In this document: positions 47,237 to 55,670 of the stretch, in pieces
How positions within the stretch are numbered: position 1 is the stretch's first letter
How the letters are laid out: every line of letters starts with the position of its first letter
Source of the DNA: Pseudomonadota bacterium
GTDB taxonomy: Bacteria > Bdellovibrionota_F > JAHFAK01 > JBDREC01
Assembly (NCBI GenBank): GCA_043820105.1
Contig: JBDREC010000039.1
Coordinates: 1-64,000 of the forward strand
DNA length: 64,000 bases
Direction: 5' to 3'
Notes under the pieces: generated by a model
The model's database searches: none
What the model saw: only the letters and a program-made list of their open reading frames with translations
What the model was told of the DNA's origin: nothing
Translations under genes and position numbers: made by a program

Positions 47237-47770
47237 TCACCCCTTTACAACACCCAGGGGAATCACTTTCGCCACTTTCACAGCTATTTGAGAATCATGA
47301 ATTACATCAATAACATTTACTACGTCTTTATACGCTTCTGGCATTTCTTCTGCAAGTCCTTTTTGACTTTTTGATCCAACACCACTTGGAACAGCTGAAA
47401 AAATCTTATAAATTATATCTTCAATGTGCTTTTCTATTTCTTCTTTATGTATATTGGTTTTTAAAAAACGTACTCCACAATTAATATCATAACCCACACC
47501 ACCTGGCGAAATTATACCTTCATTTAAATCAAAGGCAGCTACTCCGCCAATTGGAAAACCATAGCCAGAGTGAATGTCCGGCATTGCAAGGCTGTGTCTT
47601 ACAATCCCTGGAAGACAGGCTACATTTGCCACCTGTTCTAAACAATTATCACCTGCAATATCTTTTTCAAGCTTGTGATTTGCATAAATAATTCCATCAA
47701 CATTCATTTTTCCTTGTTTGGGAATAATTAAACGGTTTTTATCAAGTCTTTTGCAGGTGATTGGTGGCAT
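47237..47770 (-). pseudogene. rtcB: RtcB RNA ligase with a large in-frame internal deletion
   Basis: N-terminal MPDIHSGYGFPIGGV and GYDINCGVR joined directly to C-terminal LAEEMPEAYKDV...VVKG; only 177 aa. Confidence 0.8.
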
Positions 47771-47908
47771 TTAGTTTTTTCAATAATTAATATAAAAAAA
47801 GCGTACAGAGTATAGCGTACAGCGTATGAATGATTTTAATAATAGTGGCTCGTTTTTGCAAGGAAATAAGTTGTTTACCAGGATTTAGTTGTCTCTGGGA
47901 TTCGCTTT

Positions 47909-48799
47909 TTATTCAGTTTCAATGATAGTAAGATTAATATACAAGGCTCCAATATTGATTGATTGCTCATTAAATAAAAGTATTGGAAACTTGAAGTTGC
48001 CAGCGTCAGATGTATAGCTCAGTGAAAGAATATAATCTCCAGAATCATTTTTATCAATTGTACAAAAAGCTGGAAGGGAGTTTGATTTTATAATATAGCT
48101 TACATCTAAATTTGAAATATATTCTGATAAATTGATTGTCTCATCTGCTTGCTCTGTGCCTTCAAGGCTTAATCTCGTGATTTGAGCAGTATCTAAGACA
48201 GAGTAATTTACAAGTAATCCATCAGTGATTTCCTGGCTAGTAATTGATGCTGTTGGAGCTGCATTTTCTGAACTTGCATCATCTGAAAAGCTAATTTTTC
48301 CAAGCTCAAAGTTATTATCACTTGATGAGAATTTTACAGTGTATCTTGAAGCGGAGTTTAAGGTTCCCAGGTAATAATCCTCATCTCTGGTTTCTATGTA
48401 AAATTCTATCATATAAGTTACTTCTGGGAAAAGATATAATTCAAAATTACCGTCTTCATTGTCTTGTGCTGAAACAGCGTAATTTTTAACAGTTGTTACG
48501 TTTAATGTCTTTAATTCAGAATCTTGTGTGACAGGTGTTAGGCTAATATTTATTTCCAAATCTTCAGGTGCGATGGTATCAAAATATCTTGATAAAAAAG
48601 AGTTTCTTAAAACAAGATTATCAGCTGGTGTTAGTAAAAATTGATCTATAATTTCTTGATGATTTAAATTCCCAGAAACAATTATTAAATTATCTTCAGC
48701 TGCTACTGCAGCATGGATAGCAGTTTCAATATCATTATTTCCACATGAGCAAAGAATGACTAGAATAAGAAGTGATAGGAGGGCTAATTTTTTTATCAA
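47909..48799 (-). CDS. Hypothetical lipoprotein
   Basis: Lipobox LCSC after a hydrophobic stretch; GAGG SD; TTG start. Confidence 0.65.
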   Translation of the reverse strand: MIKKLALLSLLILVILCSCGNNDIETAIHAAVAAEDNLIIVSGNLNHQEIIDQFLLTPADNLVLRNSFLSRYFDTIAPEDLEINISLTPVTQDSELKTLNVTTVKNYAVSAQDNEDGNFELYLFPEVTYMIEFYIETRDEDYYLGTLNSASRYTVKFSSSDNNFELGKISFSDDASSENAAPTASITSQEITDGLLVNYSVLDTAQITRLSLEGTEQADETINLSEYISNLDVSYIIKSNSLPAFCTIDKNDSGDYILSLSYTSDAGNFKFPILLFNEQSINIGALYINLTIIETE

Positions 48800-48841
48800 G
48801 TTTTACCTCAATCTCTATAGTAATAGGTTATATGCCTTTTC

Positions 48842-48857
48842 TGCAAGTAATATGCCA
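48842..48857 (-). promoter_or_regulatory. sigma54 promoter
   Basis: Minus strand TGGCATATTACTTGCA. Confidence 0.7.
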
Positions 48858-48981
48858 CCTTGTTGCCATAATATGTGCAATGAAATCAGCTGCTTATCTT
48901 TTGTGTTTTGCGGGATCTGCGGATTTATTTACTAATAATAATTATTATATGTGTACTTATTGTCCCATCTAATTTATTCTA

Positions 48982-49058
48982 ACCACTTACCACTTACCAC
49001 TTACCACTTACCGCTTACCACTTACCGCTTACCACTTACCACTTACCACTTACCACTT
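48982..49058. repeat. Heptamer tandem (ACCACTT)x11
   Basis: Nine ACCACTT and two ACCGCTT units, just past the aminotransferase stop. Confidence 0.95.
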
Positions 49059-49061
49059 CTC

Positions 49062-50258
49062 TCACCTATACTTCTTTATAAACCCAGCCAACTTCTCATA
49101 AGAATCTATCAGAATTTCCTCATTGGGTAAAAACACAATTCGAAGGTGCTTGCTATTTTCTTTTTGCCCAAAGCCTGAGCCATGGACAGTTACCACTCCT
49201 GTTTCTTTAATTAAACTTTCAACAAAAGCCTTGTCATCACAATTAATTTCAAGTTTTGGAAAAGCGTAAAATGCGCCTTCTGGTTTAACACAACTTATTC
49301 CATCAATTGCATTTAGCATTTCATAAGTAAGGTTTCCACGTCTTTCTAATTTTTCTAAAGTGTCTTTTAAATGAACAGGTTCCATTTCAAGGGCAGGCTT
49401 AATTGCAAACTGCATTGGATGGTTAGCACAAAGTCTAGCTCGCGATAGTTTTTGAATTGCAGCGATATAATTTTCAAGTTTTTCATAATTGCCAGAAACA
49501 ATTCCCCAGCCAATTCTCCAGCCAGGAGCCAAATAGGATTTTGAAAGGCCGTTAAAAGTAATTATTGGTGCTTCATCTGATAAGGATGCTGTTGAAATAT
49601 GTGTCTTGCCTTCAAAGATAAGCTTTGAATATATTTCATCACTAAAAATAACTAAATTATTTTCCATGGCAAAAGCTATTATTTGTCTTAATGTTTCTTC
49701 TGGATAAATTGCGCCTGTTGGATTGTTTGGATTAATTAAAACAATTCCTTTTGTTTTTGAATTTATTCTAGATTTTATATCTTCAATGTCGGGAAGCCAT
49801 CCATTTTCTTCATTTAAATAATAAGGATTTATTTCTCCACCAAATTTAATTATTGTTGCTGAATAAAGAGGATAGCCAGGATATGGAATTAATATATTTT
49901 CACCTTCATTTAGTAAAGCTGCAAAGCTTAAGTCAATAGCTTCAGATCCACCATTTGTGACAAAAATATCCTGAATATTATCTATTCCCATCTTGCTTGC
50001 ATCATTTTTTATAGCTTCAACAGCTTGGCTTGTTCCTTCTGAAGCTGAATAGCCATTAAAGTTTTTTGACATGGCTTCTGTTACAGCATTTCTTAAGTAT
50101 TCAGGAGTAGCAAAATCATATTGCATTGGATCACCAATATTTAGATATAATAATTTTTTGCCGGATTTTGCAGCTTCTTTTGCAACTAAAACAATGTCTC
50201 TAACTGCGTATTCGATGTTTTTGGTTCTTTTTGCTGGGGTAATTTTATTAGATAACAT
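49062..50258 (-). CDS. PLP-dependent class I/II aminotransferase (AlaA-like)
   Basis: IEYAVRD, LNIGDP, INPNNPTG, SDEIY, NGLSKSYLAPGWRIGW, PEGAFY. Confidence 0.9.
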   Translation of the reverse strand: MLSNKITPAKRTKNIEYAVRDIVLVAKEAAKSGKKLLYLNIGDPMQYDFATPEYLRNAVTEAMSKNFNGYSASEGTSQAVEAIKNDASKMGIDNIQDIFVTNGGSEAIDLSFAALLNEGENILIPYPGYPLYSATIIKFGGEINPYYLNEENGWLPDIEDIKSRINSKTKGIVLINPNNPTGAIYPEETLRQIIAFAMENNLVIFSDEIYSKLIFEGKTHISTASLSDEAPIITFNGLSKSYLAPGWRIGWGIVSGNYEKLENYIAAIQKLSRARLCANHPMQFAIKPALEMEPVHLKDTLEKLERRGNLTYEMLNAIDGISCVKPEGAFYAFPKLEINCDDKAFVESLIKETGVVTVHGSGFGQKENSKHLRIVFLPNEEILIDSYEKLAGFIKKYR

Positions 50259-50274
50259 TTTAATCTCCTCTTTA

Positions 50275-50305
50275 AAGTGGTAAGCGGTAAGTGGTAAGTG
50301 GTAAG
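50275..50305. repeat. Heptamer tandem (AAGTGGT)x4, reverse complement of the 48982 array
   Basis: aagtggt aagcggt aagtggt aagtggt aag. Confidence 0.9.
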
Positions 50306-50309
50306 AATG

Positions 50310-50382
50310 GTATTCGGTATTTAGTATTCGGTATTCAGTTAAGAATAATAACTGAATACTGATAAACAGAATACTGAATACT
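50310..50382. repeat. Inverted heptamer arrays (GTATTCG/A)n / (GAATACT)n
   Basis: Four units, spacer, four degenerate reverse units; directly after the tRNA-Arg 3' end. Confidence 0.85.
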
Positions 50383-50388
50383 AAAAAA

Positions 50389-50462
50389 CACGCCCGGCAG
50401 GATTTGAACCTGCGACCTACTGATTAGAAGTCAGTTGCTCTATCCAGCTGAGCTACGAGCGC
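50389..50462 (-). tRNA. tRNA-Arg (TCT)
   Basis: GCGCTCGTAGCTCAGCTGGATAGAGCAACTGACTTCTAATCAGTAGGTCGCAGGTTCAAATCCTGCCGGGCGTG; anticodon TCT. Confidence 0.95.
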
Positions 50463-50522
50463 ATAATACTAATTCATTTGGAAAAGACAAATAAGGTTTC
50501 AGTAAATTAAAGTCAAGAAAAA

Positions 50523-50570
50523 GTGAACAAGGGAACAAGAGCGCAAGGGAACAGGGGAAGAGGGGAACAA
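50523..50570. repeat. Octamer tandem (GGGAACAA)x~6
   Basis: gtgaacaa gggaacaa gagcgcaa gggaacag gggaagag gggaacaa; related array inside the pyrB 3' end (14698-14732). Confidence 0.7.
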
Positions 50571-50578
50571 AAAGCAAA

Positions 50579-50620
50579 AAAAAAAGGAAAATCCTTTTGC
50601 AATAAGGAACTTCCTTTTTT
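50579..50620 (-). terminator. Probable intrinsic terminator after the HU gene
   Basis: AAAAAAAGGAA..TCCTT..AAGGA..TTCCTTTTTT imperfect hairpin with T-tracts on both strands. Confidence 0.5.
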
Positions 50621-50648
50621 AAAATTCTTTTTAAAACCTTTTATCAGC

Positions 50649-50930
50649 TTATAATTTTTCTTTATAAGTTGAAGAAGGTTTAAAAGTAACAGTATTTCTT
50701 GCTTTGATCTTGATCTTGTCGCCAGTTTGTGGATTTCTACCAGTTCTAGCTTTTCTTCTTTTTACTGTCCAAGTTCCGAATCCTGGATAAGTAAATCTTT
50801 TTGTCTTTTTAAGACCTTTTCCAAGTTCTGTGAAAGTTGAGTCAACGATTTCATTAATAAGAACTTTGCTCAAGCCTTTGTTTTTGCTTAAATTCTTATA
50901 CAATACATCGATTAATTCAGCCTTTGTCAT
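50649..50930 (-). CDS. hup: HU-family DNA-binding protein
   Basis: MTKAELID, GFGTW, RKARTGRNPQTGDKIKI, FKPS; GGAGG SD. Confidence 0.9.
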   Translation of the reverse strand: MTKAELIDVLYKNLSKNKGLSKVLINEIVDSTFTELGKGLKKTKRFTYPGFGTWTVKRRKARTGRNPQTGDKIKIKARNTVTFKPSSTYKEKL

Positions 50931-51170
50931 GGATACCTCCGAGTTAAAATTGTTAACAAAGTACAAAGTTTCTAAACCTTAAGCTAAAGGGTGTCAAGAG
51001 AAAACAAGCCCTAGAGTGCTTATTTTTATTGTTTTTGCTTGGCTTCTGCTGTAACCTAGCTAAAAAGGGCATTTACAGGCAATAACATAACAAAAGATAA
51101 TTTATTTTCTTTTATTGATTCAATTTATATTTTTATTTAAGATAATTAAAATTAAAAAAATGGAGTTAAT

Positions 51171-51359
51171 ATGCCAATAGTTAGAATAGAAGGACCCAAA
51201 TTTAAAAGCCTTGATCACAAAAGAAAAATGGTGGAAAAAATTACAGAAACCGTTTCGGAAATATTTGAAATGCCAAAAGAAACTGTAATTGTTATTTTAA
51301 AGGAGCTTGAGAAGGAAAATGTTGGGCTAAGTGGTAAGCTGGTTGTTGATAGGGATTGA
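51171..51359 (+). CDS. 4-oxalocrotonate tautomerase family protein
   Basis: N-terminal catalytic Pro (MPIVRIEG), 62 aa, ENVGLSGKL. Confidence 0.85.
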   Translation: MPIVRIEGPKFKSLDHKRKMVEKITETVSEIFEMPKETVIVILKELEKENVGLSGKLVVDRD

Positions 51360-51361
51360 TT

Positions 51362-51670
51362 TTACTGATTTTCTTGAGTTTTTTCTTTAATTAAATCCTT
51401 TATTTTATCTGCTGTTTTTTCATCTTTAATTTCATTTAAAGTTTCTTTTGCTTTGTCAGTTGAGTCTTTTAAGGTTTCAGATATTTTTTTCATACCTTCC
51501 TTTTTAAGTTCATTTGCTTCAATAATTATTTTTTCTGTAATGTTTTTTTGTTTCACAAATGACCTGAGATGATAAAAAATTACCTTATCATTTATTGGAA
51601 TATTTAAAAACGCAAATGTTAGCACAACAGTAATTGTTAGTTTAAGTAATGCTATTGGAAGCTTTAGCAA
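51362..51670 (-). CDS. Hypothetical membrane-anchored protein
   Basis: GGAGG SD, TTG start, N-terminal hydrophobic helix. Confidence 0.55.
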   Translation of the reverse strand: MLKLPIALLKLTITVVLTFAFLNIPINDKVIFYHLRSFVKQKNITEKIIIEANELKKEGMKKISETLKDSTDKAKETLNEIKDEKTADKIKDLIKEKTQENQ

Positions 51671-51687
51671 GATTCCTCCTTGTTAGT

Positions 51688-51738
51688 TGCTTGATGCTCG
51701 ATGCTTGATGCTCGATGCTTGATGCTCGATGCTCGGTG
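51688..51738. repeat. Heptamer tandem (GATGCTC/T)x~7
   Basis: Alternating GATGCTC and GATGCTT units upstream of the 51670 SD. Confidence 0.88.
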
Positions 51739-51772
51739 TTTTAATGTCTTATAAAACTATTAAGCATTATTT

Positions 51773-52252
51773 TCATGCTTTAAGATAATTAACCAATCCA
51801 CCAGCTTCAATTATTTTTAGTACAGAATCTGGAAACGCTGCAAATTTATATTCTTTTCCGTTTTCGGTTTTTATTATACCCTCTTTAATATTAATTTCAA
51901 TATTTTCGTTTTCATTGAAGTTGTCAACAAGCTCAGGGCACGAAATAGCGGGCAATCCTTCGTTTATGCAATTTCTATAATATATTCTTGCAAAGGATTT
52001 TGCTATTATAAATGAGACCCCTGAAAGTTTTAAGCATTTAACAGCCTGCTCACGAGATGAACCACAACCGAAATTTTTACCTGCGATAATAATATCACCA
52101 TTTTTTACATTCCCTGCGAACTCTGGGTCTAAATCTTCCAAAGCATATTTAGCCATTTCTGATTCTTCTGTTACAGTATAAGTATATTTTCCAGCAAAGA
52201 TTACGTCAGTGTTAACATCATCACCGTATTTCCAAATTTTACTGTTTTTCAT
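51773..52252 (-). CDS. leuD: 3-isopropylmalate dehydratase/homoaconitase small subunit
   Basis: YGDDVNTDVI, GKNFGCGSSREQA, SFARIYYRNCINEGL. Confidence 0.85.
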   Translation of the reverse strand: MKNSKIWKYGDDVNTDVIFAGKYTYTVTEESEMAKYALEDLDPEFAGNVKNGDIIIAGKNFGCGSSREQAVKCLKLSGVSFIIAKSFARIYYRNCINEGLPAISCPELVDNFNENENIEINIKEGIIKTENGKEYKFAAFPDSVLKIIEAGGLVNYLKA

Positions 52253-52272
52253 GCCAATCTTCTCTATTTATT

Positions 52273-52342
52273 GTATTCAGTATTCAGTATTTAGTATTCA
52301 GTAAATACAAAACCGAATACCGAATAGTGAATACCGAATACT
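52273..52342. repeat. Inverted heptamer arrays (GTATTCA)n / (GAATACC)n
   Basis: Four plus four units between leuC and leuD; overlaps the leuC TAG. Confidence 0.9.
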
Positions 52343-53594
52343 ATTTAACATTTCTCGGATCTTCAATCTTTCCACTAAGCGCACTCGCTGCTACTGTTTC
52401 CGGACTTGCCAAATAAACCTCAGCTTCCTTACAGCCCATTCGTCCTTTAAAATTTCTGTTAGCTGTTGATAAGCAAATTTCGCCTGGAGCAAGTGTGCCT
52501 TCATGAGCACCTAAACAGGGACCGCAGCCTGGATTCATTATTACAGCTCCAGCTTCTGAGAGAACCTGGATTGTTCCATTTTTTAAGCAGTTTTGAAATA
52601 CCAGGTTTGAAGCTGGGAAAATTAATAGCCTGATATTTTTATTTATTTTTTTTCCTTTTAATATTGCAGCTGCTTTTAAAAGATCGTCTTCTCTTCCGTT
52701 TGTGCAAGTGCCTATTAAACCTTGGTGAAATTCAAGACCTTTTTTTTCTGAAACTTTTAAAACATTGTCTACAGTATGTGGGCAGGCAAGCATTGGTTCT
52801 ATTTCATTTAGGTTATAATACAGTTCCCTGGCATAAGCAGCATTCTCGTCAGGGACCATTATTTCAAAATCCAATTTGCCAATATTTTTAAAATAATTTA
52901 AAACCTCATCATTTGGAGGGAAAAAACAGTTTTTTGCTCCCATTTCAGCAGCCATATTTGCAATTGTCATTCTATCTGAGATTGAAAGATTATTAAGACC
53001 TTCACCAAAAAATTCTACAGACATGTAATCAGCTCCATCTGATCTGATATCTGAAATTATTTTTAATACAAAATCTTTAGCGCTTACCTTTTTTTGAAAA
53101 TTTCCTGACACAATAATTTTCATTGCTTCTGGAACCTTTAACCAGAGTTCTCCTGTTGCCCAAATTGCAGCTGCTTCTGTTCTGCCAATCCCAGCTGAGA
53201 AACTTCCAAAAGCTCCATAGGTTGTTGTATGAGAATCTGAACCAAGAATTAATGTGCCTGGCAGCGCAAAGCCTTCCTCGGGCAGAACCTGATGGCAAAC
53301 ACCTCTGTTAATATCAAAAAAATTAGTGATTGCCTGTTCTTTTACAAACTCTCTTGCCTCTTTGTGGTTTTGGGCATATTTTTCAGTTGCAGCTGGCACA
53401 CAATGGTCAAGTATTATCACAATTCTTTCAGGATATTTTACTTTTTCAACCCCAATTTTTTTAAATGTTTTGCTAATAGCGCTGGAGTTGTCGTGGGACA
53501 TAATGAAGTCAGGTTTTGCAATTACAATATCCCCTGCTTTTGCATCAATTCCTGTTTTTTTACTAAGAACTTTTTCAGCAAATGTTTTTGGCAT
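52341..53594 (-). CDS. leuC: 3-isopropylmalate dehydratase/homoaconitase large subunit
   Basis: SHDN, LDHC, GVCHQV, GSDSHTTTYGA, IGTCTNGR, PGCGPCLG, STANRNFKGRMG. Confidence 0.88.
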   Translation of the reverse strand: MPKTFAEKVLSKKTGIDAKAGDIVIAKPDFIMSHDNSSAISKTFKKIGVEKVKYPERIVIILDHCVPAATEKYAQNHKEAREFVKEQAITNFFDINRGVCHQVLPEEGFALPGTLILGSDSHTTTYGAFGSFSAGIGRTEAAAIWATGELWLKVPEAMKIIVSGNFQKKVSAKDFVLKIISDIRSDGADYMSVEFFGEGLNNLSISDRMTIANMAAEMGAKNCFFPPNDEVLNYFKNIGKLDFEIMVPDENAAYARELYYNLNEIEPMLACPHTVDNVLKVSEKKGLEFHQGLIGTCTNGREDDLLKAAAILKGKKINKNIRLLIFPASNLVFQNCLKNGTIQVLSEAGAVIMNPGCGPCLGAHEGTLAPGEICLSTANRNFKGRMGCKEAEVYLASPETVAASALSGKIEDPRNVK

Positions 53595-54171
53595 ATTCCT
53601 TCCTTTTTAAACGTTCAACTCTTATAATTGCACAGATATCTTCGGCTGCTTCTTTAACTTCTGCATTTTCTACACAATAGTCATATTTGTCAATATAACT
53701 CAGTTCTTCTTTTGCTATATCTATTCTTTTTTTAATGACCTCATCTGAGTCAAGATTTCTAAATCTTAATCTTTTTTCTAAATCCTCAAAACTTGGAGTT
53801 AAAATATAGATTAAAATTGCATTTGAATATCTTTTTTTAATATTCATTGCACCTTGAACATCTATATCCTTTATAATATCGTATTCGCCTTCTGAAATTT
53901 CTTTTAAGGTTGTTTTGGAGCTTCCATAGGAGTTGCCATATACATTTGCATGTTCTAAAAAATCATCTTCAGCTATTTTTTTTTGGAAATTTTCATTTGA
54001 TAAGAAAAAATAATCTTTCTTGTCTGTTTCACCTTCTCGCATAGGTCTTGTTGTGTGAGTAATTAGACGGCGAAGATTTTTTGATTTTTTTAAAACTTCA
54101 CTAATAACAGTTGTTTTTCCAGCACCTGACGGGGCTGAGATTACAAAAAACAAGGGATCTTTATTCAACAT
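53575..54171 (-). CDS. gmk: Guanylate kinase
   Basis: SAPSGAGKTT, HTTRPMREGE, DIDVQGA; start 54171 preferred. Confidence 0.95.
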   Translation of the reverse strand: MLNKDPLFFVISAPSGAGKTTVISEVLKKSKNLRRLITHTTRPMREGETDKKDYFFLSNENFQKKIAEDDFLEHANVYGNSYGSSKTTLKEISEGEYDIIKDIDVQGAMNIKKRYSNAILIYILTPSFEDLEKRLRFRNLDSDEVIKKRIDIAKEELSYIDKYDYCVENAEVKEAAEDICAIIRVERLKRKEYAKNIC

Positions 54172-55036
54172 TTTGAATCTGCTCCTTGATTTTTTCAAGC
54201 TCACTTTTAATGAAAATAACATGAGATGAAATGTCAGCTTCTCTTGATTTTACTGAAAGCGTATTAAACTCTCTTTGCAGTTCTTGTAGCAAGAAATCTA
54301 CTTTTCTGCCAACGTCACCTTTTGCTTCTATGAATTCATCAAATTGAGCAAGGTGACTTTTTATTCTGGTGATTTCTTCAGTGATATCTGCCTTATCTGT
54401 AATATAGGCTATCTCCTGATTAAATCTTTGTTCATCAATATCTACATCAGTTAAAAGTTTGCTTATTCTATCTTTAACTTTTTGAGTAAGCTTATTAAGC
54501 ACTTCATCTTTTTTGCTTTCAATTTCAAGAAGTCGTAAAACCACATTTTCTTTGTGTTCTAATATGTCTTTTTTTAGATTTTCTCCTTCGCCCTGCCTCA
54601 TTTTATTTAGGCTTTTTAGGGTTTGCTCAAAGAGCTCGGCAAAGGCTTCAAAATCTTTGTCAATATATCGATTATCCATCTCTTGAAAATTATTTAAAAA
54701 GCCTGTTACATGATCAATTTTAACCTCGTCTTCAAGATTGCATTCAGCCTTTATACTTTTTAAGCCTTCAAGATAGTCCTTTATTGCTTTTTTATGAGCA
54801 TCAGAAAAATATTTTGATTCAATATTTTTTTCAATATTCAAAAACACATCAACCCGACCTCTGCTTAAATGCTTTTTAACAAGTGGAATTAACTGGTGTT
54901 CCCAACGCGAATAAAATCTGGGCAGTTTAAATTTCAAATCAAGATACTTGTTATTCACAGTTTTAATTTCCAAATAATAATTGGAACCATTGATAAGTTT
55001 TGATTCTTGTGCAAATCCTGTCATACTTGTAAACAT
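54161..55036 (-). CDS. yicC: YicC/YloC family endoribonuclease
   Basis: SMTGFA, EIKTVNNKYLD, DITEEITR, GRKVDFLLQE, EKIKEQIQNVE. Confidence 0.92.
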   Translation of the reverse strand: MFTSMTGFAQESKLINGSNYYLEIKTVNNKYLDLKFKLPRFYSRWEHQLIPLVKKHLSRGRVDVFLNIEKNIESKYFSDAHKKAIKDYLEGLKSIKAECNLEDEVKIDHVTGFLNNFQEMDNRYIDKDFEAFAELFEQTLKSLNKMRQGEGENLKKDILEHKENVVLRLLEIESKKDEVLNKLTQKVKDRISKLLTDVDIDEQRFNQEIAYITDKADITEEITRIKSHLAQFDEFIEAKGDVGRKVDFLLQELQREFNTLSVKSREADISSHVIFIKSELEKIKEQIQNVE

Positions 55037-55053
55037 AGTACACCTTTGGGTTA

Positions 55054-55123
55054 GTATTCAGTATACAGGATTCGGTATTCAGTTTTATTCTTTGCTGAAT
55101 ACTGGCTACCGAATACAGAATAC
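55054..55123. repeat. Inverted heptamer arrays (GTATTCA)n / (GAATACN)n
   Basis: Four plus four degenerate units between DUF4416 and yicC. Confidence 0.82.
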
Positions 55124-55132
55124 AATAGTTAG

Positions 55133-55666
55133 TTAACTTTTATTTTTTTTTAATTCAATGTAATAATCATTCCTAACTTCTTTAAAAAAATCAATTGTCT
55201 TTTTATATTTATAATCTGGATAAGTCCATTCTAGGGTGTCAAATGAGTTGTGCCTGTATATTAAAGTTGTTTCTACCCAAACCCTGTTTCCAAGCAAAAC
55301 CCGATGAGCAAAGCCTTTAAATGTGCTTAACACAAGGTTGTGTAAGGTGATATAACCAGGGTCAATGTTGATGCTTCTTTTTTCTTCTTTGGAAAAAGAT
55401 TGCTCAATTTCATAAGAAAGATATTTCAGATCTATTACTTTTAGATTGTCAAATAAACCTTCAAATATAATAAAACTTCTTTTTAATGAAGCTCCCATTT
55501 CTTTTTCATAATATGAAGTTTGATCAAATTCAAATAGGGGTGATATTTTTTGAATGTTTGTAAATTTTTCTTTTAAGAGGCAAATGCATTTTTCAAACTT
55601 TTCCTTATCCTTATATATAATGCCTGCAAAAAGTTTAACTGGATCTGGGTTATATGGGTGTGACAT
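55133..55666 (-). CDS. DUF4416 family protein
   Basis: TSYYEKEMG, RSINIDPGY, LSTFKGFAHRV, WTYPDY; position before yicC-gmk. Confidence 0.85.
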   Translation of the reverse strand: MSHPYNPDPVKLFAGIIYKDKEKFEKCICLLKEKFTNIQKISPLFEFDQTSYYEKEMGASLKRSFIIFEGLFDNLKVIDLKYLSYEIEQSFSKEEKRSINIDPGYITLHNLVLSTFKGFAHRVLLGNRVWVETTLIYRHNSFDTLEWTYPDYKYKKTIDFFKEVRNDYYIELKKNKS

Positions 55667-55670
55667 AAGT

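Noticed and set aside
47136-47240. N-terminal extension of the 296-aa ORF
   Set aside because: A better SD and signal peptide begin at 47135; the extension crosses a degenerate hexamer repeat.
48982-49058. Possible CRISPR array in the tandem repeats
   Set aside because: Units are 7 bp with no unique 25-45 bp spacers, and there are no cas genes in the window.
51773-53594. leuCD isolated from leuAB as a novel pathway
   Set aside because: Stand-alone LeuC/LeuD or homoaconitase-type pairs are common, and substrate cannot be told from the sequence by eye.
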